DNA of 64,000 nucleotides from Actinomycetes bacterium (GCA_021818025.1 JAKAFH010000002.1:15878-79877), one strand, 5' to 3'; counted from the first letter of the stretch, positions 28,216 to 36,530 are shown. The notes: generated by a model from the sequence alone, not told the origin. Numbers and translations are program-made.

Positions 28216-29304
28216 ATGAGTTTGAGCCAAAACAACTACCACGCAGTGATCAAGGTGATCGGTGTGGGAGGCGGGGGCGTCAACGCGGTGAATCGCATGG
28301 TGGCAGCCGGGCTGCGCAACATCGAATTCATCGCCGCGAACACCGACGCGCAGGCGCTCTTGCTCAGCGAGGCCGACCTGAAGATCGACATCGGTCGCCA
28401 GTTGACGAGGGGATTGGGTGCGGGCAGCGACCCCGAGATCGGCCGCCAGGCGGCCGAGGAGCACCGCGCAGAGATCGAAGAGGCCCTGAAGGACACCGAC
28501 ATGGTGTTTATCACCGTCGGCGAGGGCGGCGGCACGGGAACCGGAGCCGCGCCAGTGGTCTCGGATATCGCCCGCTCGCTCGGCATCCTCACCATCGGCG
28601 TGGTGACCAGGCCCTTCTCCTTTGAGGGCAAGCGTCGCGCCACCCAGGCCGAGAAGGGCATCGAGGCCCTGCGTGGCAAGGTCGACACCTTGATCGTGAT
28701 CCCCAATGACCGGCTGCTCTCCGTGACCGCTGCGGACACCTCGATGCTCGACGCCTTCAAGGTCGCCGATGACGTGCTGCTGTCAGCCGTGCGCGGCGTG
28801 ACCGACCTGATCACCGTGCCTGGACTGATCAACACGGACTTCGCGGACGTGAACGCGATCATGCGCAACGCCGGCAGCGCCATCATGGGCGTCGGCCAGT
28901 CCACGGGCGAGGGTCGGGCCGTGAACGCCGCCCGGGCCGCGATCACCTCGCCGCTCCTGGAGGCCTCGATCGACGGCGCGAGGGGCATCCTCATGAACAT
29001 CGTGGGCGGCTCGAACGTGACCTTGACCGAGGTCACCGACGCGGCCAACATCATTCACTCCGTGGCCCACCCCGACGCCAACATCATCTTCGGCAGCGTG
29101 ATCGACGACTCGATCGGTGACGCGGTTCGCGTCACGGTGATCGCTGCCGGTTTCGATCACGTGGCCACCCCCGCCAAGTCGGCGCCCACGACCACGAGCC
29201 AGCCGGTGATGACCGAAGGGCCCCGCACCGACATCTTCAGTTCCGCGAACGACGACTTCTTCGACGTTGGCGGCGATGACGACCTCCCCAGCTTCCTCCG
29301 CTAA
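28216..29304 (+). CDS. ftsZ: cell division GTPase FtsZ
   Basis: Tubulin signature [14 protein letters not shown], the NTDAQAL motif, and a C-terminal DDLPSFLR peptide. AAGGGGG SD. Confidence 0.95.
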   Translation: MSLSQNNYHAVIKVIGVGGGGVNAVNRMVAAGLRNIEFIAANTDAQALLLSEADLKIDIGRQLTRGLGAGSDPEIGRQAAEEHRAEIEEALKDTDMVFITVGEGGGTGTGAAPVVSDIARSLGILTIGVVTRPFSFEGKRRATQAEKGIEALRGKVDTLIVIPNDRLLSVTAADTSMLDAFKVADDVLLSAVRGVTDLITVPGLINTDFADVNAIMRNAGSAIMGVGQSTGEGRAVNAARAAITSPLLEASIDGARGILMNIVGGSNVTLTEVTDAANIIHSVAHPDANIIFGSVIDDSIGDAVRVTVIAAGFDHVATPAKSAPTTTSQPVMTEGPRTDIFSSANDDFFDVGGDDDLPSFLR

Positions 29305-29956
29305 CGGCCGCCTGTACGAGCGAGTTCGCGAGAACGTCCGCGCGGCGCGCGAGCGCATCGCGGCGTCCTCGCCCACGCCCGAACGGGTCCGAATCGTCGC
29401 GGTGACCAAGACCTTTGGGCCCGAAGCCGTGCGCGCGGCGGTGGCAGCGGGCATCGAGGTGGTGGGCGAGAACTACCTCGTCGAGCTCGAGGCCAAACGC
29501 GAGGCGCTCGCGGATCTCGCGGTCCGCTGGCACTTCCTCGGGGCGCTGCAATCCAACAAGATCGCCCGGGCGGCGCGGGCCGCTGACGTACTGTGCGGGG
29601 TCGCGCGAGTCAAGGAGGTTGCCCGGATCGCCGCGGTGGCACCGGGTTCAGCCATCTACGTCGAGGTCGACGAGAGCGGAATCGCGACACGATCAGGGGC
29701 GACAGTACTTGAGGCGACCGAATTGGTGGCCGAGGCCCGCGAACGGGGTCTCGATGTCCGCGGGCTCATGACGATTGCCCCGCCCGATCGCGAGGGGGCG
29801 CGGCGGGCCTTTGAGGTCGTGCGCGAACTCGCTGATCAACTGGGTATTATCGAGCGATCTATGGGCATGAGTGACGATCTCGAGCTCGCGTGCGAGTACG
29901 GTTCGACGGAGGTACGCCTCGGTCGCGCGCTGTTCGGCTCGAGGGTGGCCGCGTGA
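29267..29956 (+). CDS. yggS: YggS/YlmE-family pyridoxal-phosphate homeostasis protein
   Basis: VAVTKTF (PLP lysine), [10 protein letters not shown] and SMGMSDDLE motifs. The start is uncertain; the longest ORF overlaps ftsZ by 38 nt. Confidence 0.8.
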   Translation: MAAMTTSPASSANGRLYERVRENVRAARERIAASSPTPERVRIVAVTKTFGPEAVRAAVAAGIEVVGENYLVELEAKREALADLAVRWHFLGALQSNKIARAARAADVLCGVARVKEVARIAAVAPGSAIYVEVDESGIATRSGATVLEATELVAEARERGLDVRGLMTIAPPDREGARRAFEVVRELADQLGIIERSMGMSDDLELACEYGSTEVRLGRALFGSRVAA

Positions 29957-29966
29957 TGTGGTGGCC

Positions 29967-29972
29967 TAACAT
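29967..29972 (+). promoter_or_regulatory. -10-like TAACAT upstream of sepF
   Basis: CCTAACAT in the 46-bp yggS-sepF spacer. It is followed about 20 nt later by the AAGGGGAG SD and ATG 30003. The same CTAACAT core occurs at the menE and 59952 gene starts. Confidence 0.35.
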
Positions 29973-30002
29973 GGTTCTTGGTTGTGGCCGCAAGGGGAGC
30001 AC

Positions 30003-30599
30003 ATGAAAGACAAATTCCGAAAGGCGTTGGGGTTCCTCGGTCTCATCGAGGACGAGTACGGCGACTACGCGTCGAGCGTCCCCTCGCGACCCTTCACCGA
30101 CGAGACCCCCTACGAGGAACCGGCCGACTGGCGACCAGGGCCATCGAGCTCAGGGCGGCCCTACGCGCCAGCTCCGCCGAGCCCGATGCCTCCGCGGACC
30201 CAGCAGGCCGCCCGTCGCCCGTCCTCGATCTCGGTGCTCGACAGCGCGGGCGAGCCCCCGCGGGTGCGGCCCATGCCGAGCCCGCGCCCGCGCCCGCCGG
30301 CGACGCTCGCCAACGAGTACGAGCCCGCCATCTTGTTTCCCCAGTCCTACAACGAGTCGCGCCGGATCACCGACCTGCTGCGTAGCTCGCGGGTCGTGGT
30401 GCTCAACGTGACCGGGCTCGAGCCGAGCGTGGCGCGGCGCCTCGTCGACTTCGCGTCGGGCACGGCCTACGCGCTGAGCGCCAAAATCGAGCCCCTGGAC
30501 CCGGGCGTCTACCTGGTCTGCCCCCAAGGGTCCCACGTCAGTACCGACGCGAGGGCGTCGCTGCGGGCCTCGGGCTACCGGTCGTTTGACGCCCTATGA
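30003..30599 (+). CDS. sepF: cell division protein SepF
   Basis: N-terminal MKDKFRKALGFLGL amphipathic helix, Pro-rich linker, and a C-terminal SepF domain (ILFPQSYNESRRITDLLRSSRVVVLNV). Confidence 0.9.
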   Translation: MKDKFRKALGFLGLIEDEYGDYASSVPSRPFTDETPYEEPADWRPGPSSSGRPYAPAPPSPMPPRTQQAARRPSSISVLDSAGEPPRVRPMPSPRPRPPATLANEYEPAILFPQSYNESRRITDLLRSSRVVVLNVTGLEPSVARRLVDFASGTAYALSAKIEPLDPGVYLVCPQGSHVSTDARASLRASGYRSFDAL

Positions 30600-30844
30600 G
30601 GTTCGTCCACCTCCTGTTGTCGCTCTACATCTGGGTCTTCATCGCCGCGGCGCTGCTGAGCTGGTTCCCCGCCTCGAGTAGCGGCGGCGTCGCGACGGTT
30701 CGTCGGGCCCTGATGACGGTGACTGAGCCGGTGCTGCGTCCCCTGCGCCAGATCCTCCCACGGCCGCAGTTCGGTGGGGTGGGCATCGATTTCTCGGTGC
30801 TGGTCGCGATCATCGCCCTCGAGATCATCAACGCGGCCATCTAG
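30596..30844 (+). CDS. yggT: YggT/YlmG family membrane protein
   Basis: 82 aa with two TM segments. Conserved position after sepF. ATGA junction. Confidence 0.8.
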   Translation: MRFVHLLLSLYIWVFIAAALLSWFPASSSGGVATVRRALMTVTEPVLRPLRQILPRPQFGGVGIDFSVLVAIIALEIINAAI

Positions 30845-30923
30845 CGTTCGCCGGGTCGTGTCGCGCCGTTTTAGGTGCGGACGAGCCACGTTCACGCGGT
30901 AATCGCAATGTATGGTTGCGGGT

Positions 30924-31658
30924 ATGGATAGCACCGATAACGCCCGATCCGCCCTTGATTCCATCGACACCGTGGCCTTCAAGGTCGGCCTCAAGGGCTA
31001 TAACGTCGACGAGGTCGACGAGTTCCTCGAGCGTCTGTCGGGCGAGGCGCGCCAGTTAAAGGACCAGCTGCAGCAGCAGCGCCAGCAATTGCGCCAGGCC
31101 GCCGAGCGCATCAACCAGCTCGAGGCCTCCCGGTCGAGTGCACCCCCCGTCGCGCCCGCACCCGCGCCCGCCCCCGCGCCAGCGCGGATTGCGCCAAGCG
31201 TCGTCGGCGCGGGCGCGGAACAGGTGACCTCGATGATCGCGATGGCTCAGCAGTTCATCGAGCACGCCCAGCGCGAAGCCGAGGAGAAGTCACGCGAACT
31301 CACCGTGGCCGCCCAGGAGCGGGCGCGTCAGATCGTGACCGAAGCGCGCAGCCGTGCCGAAGACGAGGTCAACCGGCTCAACGGCCTCAAGCAGCGCCTC
31401 AGCGAGGACGTGGAGACACTGACGCGGCAGCTCGACATCGAGCGCACTCGCCTCAGTGGCGCACTGAGCGAGTTCGCCCAATGGATCGAGTCCTCACTGC
31501 ACATGGGTGGACGGACGTCGGCCCCGGCGCAGTCCGCCGCGCCGGCGCCCGCAGCGGCCCCGGCTCAGCCCGCTGGCGAAGTTGGCGCTACTGCCCAGCA
31601 GCCGGTAGTTCCCCAGGCGCTGCAGTTCGATACGCCCACCACGGACGATCGCGCGTAA
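30924..31658 (+). CDS. divIVA: DivIVA-domain protein (Wag31-like)
   Basis: FKVGLKGYNVDEVDEFLERL N-terminal DivIVA motif, coiled-coil regions, and an Ala/Pro linker. ATG 30924 preferred (TATGGT 7 nt upstream); ATG 30912 is an alternative. Confidence 0.85.
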   Translation: MDSTDNARSALDSIDTVAFKVGLKGYNVDEVDEFLERLSGEARQLKDQLQQQRQQLRQAAERINQLEASRSSAPPVAPAPAPAPAPARIAPSVVGAGAEQVTSMIAMAQQFIEHAQREAEEKSRELTVAAQERARQIVTEARSRAEDEVNRLNGLKQRLSEDVETLTRQLDIERTRLSGALSEFAQWIESSLHMGGRTSAPAQSAAPAPAAAPAQPAGEVGATAQQPVVPQALQFDTPTTDDRA

Positions 31659-31716
31659 GTCGGGTCACGACTGCTAGGGTCGGCCAGCACGAACGAACGG
31701 CCCTAAGGAGCACCCG

Positions 31717-32790
31717 ATGACCGCCAGCCACGCCAGTCCCAAGAAGGCCGTCACCAAGGCCGCCAAGGCGACGACGGTGGCAAAGAAGTCGGCGGCTCCC
31801 TCGCGGGCTGCCGTGGCGAAGAAGACGACGTCCAAGGCGGCTCCGGCCAAGAAGGCTCCGGCCAAGGCGGCTCCGTCCAAGAAGGCAACGACAGCCAAGA
31901 AGGTGGCCGCACCAGGAAAGACCGTGGGCACGGCTAAGAAGGTGCCCAGCACCGTCAGCGCCGCCGCTAAGGCCAAGGCCGCCGCCGCGGCCAAGGCCCA
32001 GCGCGAGCGCGAGGCCAAGGCCGCCGCCGCCAAGAAGGCCGCCGCCGCTAAGGCCAAGGTCGCCGCCGCGGCCAAGGCCCAGCGCGAGCGCGAGGCTAAG
32101 GCCGTCGCCAAGGAGCGCGAGGCCAAGGCCAAGGCCGCCGCCAAGGAGCGCGAGGCCAAGGCCAAGGCCGCCGCCAAGGAACGCGAGGCCAAGGCCAAGG
32201 CCGCCGCTAAGGAACACGAGATCCAGCGCAAGGCGCGTGAACGGGCCGCGATCGAGGCGAAGAAGCAGCGTGAAGTCGAGGCGAAGAAGAAGGCAATCGA
32301 GGCCGAGCGGCTGCGCAAGCAGCGCGAGATCGAACGGCGCAACCTCGAAGAACTGAAGCGCCAGGAGCGCCGCGAACTTGAAGAGCGCAAGCGCCAAGAG
32401 GCCCTCGAGCGCAAGATGCACTCCAAGCCCTACGCCACCGACACCGCGTTCCTCGCCGAGCTGCGCGACCTGCTCCTCGAGGCCCAGACCGTGACCGCGA
32501 TGCAGATCACCGTGCTCGAGAACGCCGTCAACGACCTCCTCGAGGGTCGCGAGCGCCCCGAGTACGACGAGGAAGACGGCTCGAGCGCGGGCTCGGACTA
32601 CGACCGCGACCAGCTCAAGATGCAGCTCGACAACGAGCGCCTAAAGACTGAGTTGATCGACGTCGCCCTCGCGCGGGTCCAAGACGGCAGCTACGGCCGC
32701 TGTGACAGCTGTTTCGAGCCGATCGCGAAGGACCGGCTCCGGGCGCAGGTGCCGGTGTTCACCTGTGTGACGTGCCGCGCCAACGGCTGA
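31717..32790 (+). CDS. Lys/Ala-rich, ER/K-helix protein with C-terminal DksA/TraR C4 zinc finger
   Basis: 357 aa, AAGGAG SD. Residues 1-80 are AKKA/PAKK repeats; 81-233 are almost only A/K/E/R. The C-terminus is CDSC-x17-CVTC, preceded by two helices flanking an acidic loop. Confidence 0.8.
   Translation: MTASHASPKKAVTKAAKATTVAKKSAAPSRAAVAKKTTSKAAPAKKAPAKAAPSKKATTAKKVAAPGKTVGTAKKVPSTVSAAAKAKAAAAAKAQREREAKAAAAKKAAAAKAKVAAAAKAQREREAKAVAKEREAKAKAAAKEREAKAKAAAKEREAKAKAAAKEHEIQRKARERAAIEAKKQREVEAKKKAIEAERLRKQREIERRNLEELKRQERRELEERKRQEALERKMHSKPYATDTAFLAELRDLLLEAQTVTAMQITVLENAVNDLLEGRERPEYDEEDGSSAGSDYDRDQLKMQLDNERLKTELIDVALARVQDGSYGRCDSCFEPIAKDRLRAQVPVFTCVTCRANG
31960..32103 (+). repeat. direct repeat, 81-bp period (two 63-nt copies, 2 mismatches)
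   Basis: 31960-32022 and 32041-32103 are identical except for two substitutions. Both encode AAAKAKAAAAAKAQREREAKA. Confidence 0.85.
32107..32220 (+). repeat. 33-bp tandem repeat, 3 full copies plus a partial fourth
   Basis: GCCAAGGAGCGCGAGGCCAAGGCCAAGGCCGCC at 32107, at 32140 (identical), and at 32173 (one synonymous change). Each copy encodes AKEREAKAKAA. Confidence 0.9.
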
Positions 32791-33242
32791 GAATCGCACC
32801 GAACCGAACGGTCCTCGTCACGGCCCTCGTGGTGCTCGCGCTCGATGCGGCGAGCAAGGCCTGGGCTCGACGGGCGCTCGCGCGCCCGGTGCACGTGCTC
32901 GGCCCGCTCTGGCTGAAACTCCAGTACAACACCGGAATCTCGTTCTCGCTGAACCGAGCTGATCCAATCGTCACGACGGTCGTCACGGCACTGATCGCGC
33001 TCGTGCTCTTGCTGGCCTCGCTGCGCGCGCGCGACGGGGCCCCGGCAGTCGGCTTTGGCCTGCTGCTCGGTGGCGGCGTGGCCAACCTGGTCGATCGCCT
33101 GATGGCCACGCCCCACCAGGTGACCGACTTCATCGCGGTTGGCTCGTTCCCGGTCTTTAATGGGGCGGACGTCGCGGTCACGGCCGGTCTCGTGGTCTTG
33201 ATCGTCGTGGTCCTGCGAGGCGATACGTTGATGACACGATGA
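32772..33242 (+). CDS. lspA: lipoprotein signal peptidase (signal peptidase II)
   Basis: 156 aa with 4 TM segments. LDAASKAW, YNTGISFS and FPVFNGADVAV blocks contain the catalytic Asp residues. Confidence 0.85.
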   Translation: MPRQRLRIAPNRTVLVTALVVLALDAASKAWARRALARPVHVLGPLWLKLQYNTGISFSLNRADPIVTTVVTALIALVLLLASLRARDGAPAVGFGLLLGGGVANLVDRLMATPHQVTDFIAVGSFPVFNGADVAVTAGLVVLIVVVLRGDTLMTR

Positions 33243-34195
33243 GCGACGAATTCGAGGTGGGAGTCCTCGACGTGGTGGTGCCGGGCGGCCTCGATGGCGT
33301 CCGTTGTGACCGCGCGCTCGCGATGCTGACCGGTCGGCCCCGGGCGCTGATCGCGGCGGTGATCGCCGACGGCGCGGTCTCGGTGGATGGCGTGGCGCTG
33401 AAGAAGGCATCGACGCCCCTCGTCTCGGGTCAGCGGCTCGTGGCCGCGCTGCCCGACGTCGACAACGGCTGGGTCGCCCCCGACGAGGCCGTATCGGTGG
33501 ACGTGCTCGCCGAGTCAGACGACTACATCGTCGTGAACAAGGCCCCGGGACAGGTTGTGCATCCGGGGGCCGGCCAGCTCACGGGAACGCTGGTCGCGGG
33601 ACTGCTGGCGCGCTACCCCGAACTCGACGCGATGCGCGAAAGCGGGCTCTGTGACCCCTCGCGTCCGGGCATCGTGCACCGACTCGACAAGGGAACGTCG
33701 GGGCTACTCGTGGTCGCGCGCTCCGCTTTGGGCTTGGCGAGCTTGCGCGAGCAACTCGCCCAGCGCGAGATCGAGCGCATGTACCTCGGCCTGGTCGAGG
33801 GCCACGTGGCCGAGTCGCGTGGCGTGGTCGACGCACCGATCGGACGATCAACGAGGACGCCGACGCTGATGGCCGTGCGCACCGATGGTCGGTGGGCGAG
33901 GACCGCCTACGAGATCGTGTCGCGGCTGGAAACGCCGCGATCGACGATGTTGCGCTTGAAGTTGGAAACGGGCCGCACGCACCAAATCCGTGTCCATCTG
34001 GCCTCCATTGGCCACCCCGTGGTCAACGACAGCCGCTACGGCCATCGCCGCGAGCCCCGGCTAGCTCCCGAGCGGATCTTTCTGCACGCAACTCGGCTGG
34101 GCTTTGCCGACCCGTCCTCGGGCGAGTGGCGGACCTTTGAGACCGCGCTACCGGCGGACCTCGCCGCGCTCGTTGATCCGTCGGGCGCGCTCTGA
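33239..34195 (+). CDS. rluD: RluA-family 23S rRNA pseudouridine synthase (RluD-like)
   Basis: S4-like N-terminus, catalytic HRLDKGTSGLLV motif, and TGRTHQIRVH block. ATGA junction with lspA. Confidence 0.85.
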   Translation: MSDEFEVGVLDVVVPGGLDGVRCDRALAMLTGRPRALIAAVIADGAVSVDGVALKKASTPLVSGQRLVAALPDVDNGWVAPDEAVSVDVLAESDDYIVVNKAPGQVVHPGAGQLTGTLVAGLLARYPELDAMRESGLCDPSRPGIVHRLDKGTSGLLVVARSALGLASLREQLAQREIERMYLGLVEGHVAESRGVVDAPIGRSTRTPTLMAVRTDGRWARTAYEIVSRLETPRSTMLRLKLETGRTHQIRVHLASIGHPVVNDSRYGHRREPRLAPERIFLHATRLGFADPSSGEWRTFETALPADLAALVDPSGAL

Positions 34196-34243
34196 GCCCT
34201 GCGGGTGCGTGAAAGCCCACGCTGTTCGGGTCCGTGACACTGA

Positions 34244-34261
34244 GGCGAGCGGACGCTCGCC
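34244..34261. terminator. hairpin between the convergent rluD and sigma-factor genes
   Basis: GGCGAGC-GGAC-GCTCGCC, a perfect 7-bp stem with a 4-nt loop in the 76-bp convergent spacer. Confidence 0.35.
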
Positions 34262-34271
34262 GGGGATATCC

Positions 34272-35162
34272 CTAGGCCATCTCGTGGGCCGCGATGACCG
34301 CCTGATCCTTGCGCAGGATCGCCATGGCCTCTTCCTCGGCGCGGCGAACCCGCCGCACGCCGATGTCCATGACGTTGGCCGTCGCCTGGAGCGAGAGCGG
34401 CGACGAGCCGTTCAAGCCGAATCGGTGCGAGAGCACGTCACGCTGGATGTCCGTGAGCTGGTCGAGTGCCTCGAGCAGTTGCTCGTCGACCATTGTCTGC
34501 TCGATGTCACCGACCCAGTCGTGCTGGCTCGGGGCGACGAGGTCGCCCAAGGTCGTCGCGGAGTCCGAAGACGCCGGCTGGTCCAGGCTCGCGGTCACGC
34601 CCGCGAGGCCGCGCAGGTTGTCGCGCTCGGCCTTGGACATGCCCGTAGCCTCGGTGAGCTCGTCATCGGTGGGCTTGCGGGCGAACAGTGAGGTCAACTC
34701 GGCCGTCGTGGCCTCGAGGCGCTGCAGTTGCTCGCCGACCTCCAGGGGGATGCGAATCGTGCGGCCGTGTTGTTGAACCGCCCGCTGCAGGGCCTGACGG
34801 ATCCACCAGGTCGCGTACGTCGAGAACTTGAAACCGCGCTCCCAGTCGAACTTCTCGACGGCGCGCAAGAGCCCGAACGTGCCCTCTTGGACCAGGTCGA
34901 CCATCTCGACGCCGCGGTCCTGGTACCGGCGGGCCCAGTGCAGGACGAGGCGCAGGTTTGCCGCCACCATCTGCTTCTTTGCCTCTTCGTCGCCGGCGGT
35001 GACCCGCTTGGCGAGTTCGACTTGCTCGTCGTAGTTGGGCATCGGGTAGCGGTCGAGGTCGCGCATCAGGAGTCCGAGCATGTCGTTCGTGTTCACACTT
35101 GATCGCCGGTTCGTAATCATCGCCACTCCTCGTCGTCTCCCCAACCCGTATGCGGGAGGCAT
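34272..35162 (-). CDS. RNA polymerase sigma-70 family factor (regions 2, 3 and 4; no long region 1)
   Basis: DLVQEGTFGLLRAVEKFD, FSTYATWWIRQAL (region 2.3/2.4), and a region 4 HTH. Both ATG 35162 (AGGAGA SD) and ATG 35120 (GAGGAG SD) are plausible starts. Confidence 0.85.
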   Translation of the reverse strand: MPPAYGLGRRRGVAMITNRRSSVNTNDMLGLLMRDLDRYPMPNYDEQVELAKRVTAGDEEAKKQMVAANLRLVLHWARRYQDRGVEMVDLVQEGTFGLLRAVEKFDWERGFKFSTYATWWIRQALQRAVQQHGRTIRIPLEVGEQLQRLEATTAELTSLFARKPTDDELTEATGMSKAERDNLRGLAGVTASLDQPASSDSATTLGDLVAPSQHDWVGDIEQTMVDEQLLEALDQLTDIQRDVLSHRFGLNGSSPLSLQATANVMDIGVRRVRRAEEEAMAILRKDQAVIAAHEMA

Positions 35163-35341
35163 ATTTCTCCTACCGCCGCATAACTAATTTACCACAGCAG
35201 TAAACCCAACAAGGGGAAAGTTATTCCCGGACCTGCAAGGGGCGATCAGCGCGACGTGAGAAATTCGTAAGTTTCAGTGGCGCCGCCGCCGGCGCCGGCT
35301 TGCCGGCGCGTTGTGCCCGGGCGTGGCCAACGTGCCGCTGG

Positions 35342-35791
35342 TCAGGCCGAGTGCGTGCGGCGTAGGGGCTGGACGCCGCGCGCCTGGAGCACCATGTCGG
35401 CGAGGGTGTAGCTCGCCAGGTGCTCGCGCATGTGACTGCCGACGTCGGCCCACACCGCGAGCAGCACGCACTGACCCTCGTGGTCACAAGCGCCGTCCTG
35501 GTGGGGCTGGCCGAAGTCACCGGCGACGATCGGGCCGTCCACGGCGGCGACAACCTCGGCCAAGGTGATGGACTCGGCCGAGCGCGCGAGGACGTAGCCG
35601 CCGCCGACGCCGCGCTTGGATCGCACGAGCCCGACTCCCTTCAATGCCAAGAGAATCTGCTCGAGGTAGGGCTGGGGTAGCCCGGTACGCTGGGCGAGGT
35701 CGCGCACCGAGGTCGGACGCGACGGGTCGTCGTGCAACGCGAGGCTGAGAAGCGCTCGGCTCGCGTAGTCACCTCGCGTTGATACCCTCAC
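35342..35791 (-). CDS. Rrf2-family transcriptional regulator
   Basis: GTG 35791 gives (M)RVSTRGDYASRALLSLA, the canonical Rrf2 N-terminus, for a 149-aa protein. It has two closely spaced Cys (CDHEGQC). The longer track ORF to 35992 has no homology-like sequence. Confidence 0.8.
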   Translation of the reverse strand: MRVSTRGDYASRALLSLALHDDPSRPTSVRDLAQRTGLPQPYLEQILLALKGVGLVRSKRGVGGGYVLARSAESITLAEVVAAVDGPIVAGDFGQPHQDGACDHEGQCVLLAVWADVGSHMREHLASYTLADMVLQARGVQPLRRTHSA

Positions 35792-35797
35792 GCCCTC

Positions 35798-35803
35798 AGT
35801 GTA
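35798..35803 (-). promoter_or_regulatory. -10-like hexamer TACACT, 6 nt before the Rrf2 GTG (leaderless-type)
   Basis: Minus-strand reading is TACACT-gagggc-GTG. Confidence 0.45.
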
Positions 35804-35831
35804 GTGATGGGCCAGTTCGAGCGCGTGGTCC

Positions 35832-35854
35832 GTGTCCGGGTCAATCCCGGACAC
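35832..35854. promoter_or_regulatory. perfect 23-bp palindrome, candidate Rrf2 operator
   Basis: GTGTCCGGG-TCAAT-CCCGGACAC, lying 41-63 nt upstream of the Rrf2 start in the Rrf2/bpa divergent region. Confidence 0.4.
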
Positions 35855-35994
35855 AACATCGAGGCTGGATGGGCTCGTCGAACGGGCGACGGAGCGTGAG
35901 GAGTCGCCGAGAACCGCGGCGCAGCGGGCCACGCCACCGTGCGCGCAGCTCGGCATGTGCGTGGACCCCGGCTGGCATCTGGCACACTGCAAGG

Positions 35995-36477
35995 GTGGAA
36001 GACGAACAAAAAGAAAACGTGACCGTCGATCCGGACTCGGTCCTCGCGCCCGGTCAGACCGAGGAAGAATCGGCCGAGGCGACTGATTTCATCAGCCAGC
36101 CGGCCAAGGTCATGCGTATCGGCGCAATGGTCAAGACCCTCCTCGACGAGGCGCGCAGTGCGCCCCTCGACGAGCCCGGACGGACGCGCCTGCGCGAGAT
36201 CTACGAACTCTCGATCCACGAGCTCTCGGGCGCGCTGTCCTCGGACCTCGGCGACGAGCTGGCCCGCATGGCCCTGCCATTCACGGCCGACGTGCCCTCG
36301 GAATCCGAGCTGCGGATCGCCCAAGCACAGTTGGTAGGTTGGCTCGAGGGCCTGTTCCACGGTATTCAGGCCTCGCTCTTCGCCCAGCAGGCGGCTGCCG
36401 CGGCACAGTTGGAGAAGATGCGCGAGCGTTCCCTCAATCCCGGATCGCCCGAACCGCGAGCTGGAACATATCTCTGA
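35995..36477 (+). CDS. bpa: bacterial proteasome activator Bpa/PafE family (DUF2587)
   Basis: 160 aa from GTG 35995. SQPAKVMRIGAMVKTLLDEAR and AQAQLVGWLEGLFHGIQ closely match my recollection of M. tuberculosis Rv3780. The C-terminus is ...GTYL (canonical GQYL). Confidence 0.7.
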   Translation: MEDEQKENVTVDPDSVLAPGQTEEESAEATDFISQPAKVMRIGAMVKTLLDEARSAPLDEPGRTRLREIYELSIHELSGALSSDLGDELARMALPFTADVPSESELRIAQAQLVGWLEGLFHGIQASLFAQQAAAAAQLEKMRERSLNPGSPEPRAGTYL

Positions 36478-36530
36478 GCGGGTGGCAACCACGCGGGGGC
36501 GAGTGGGATCGGAAAGGACGTTGAGCAGTC

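Noticed and set aside
32107-32220. Possible CRISPR-like array (33-bp repeats)
   Set aside because: The repeats are directly abutting with no spacers. They are in frame and encode AKEREAKAKAA units of a protein. No cas genes are present.
31588-32426. Two long minus-strand ORFs (Leu/Gly/Ala-rich) opposite the KA-rich gene
   Set aside because: They are the complement of GCC/AAG repeat codons. The plus-strand frame has an SD, a zinc-finger C-terminus and a conserved genomic position.
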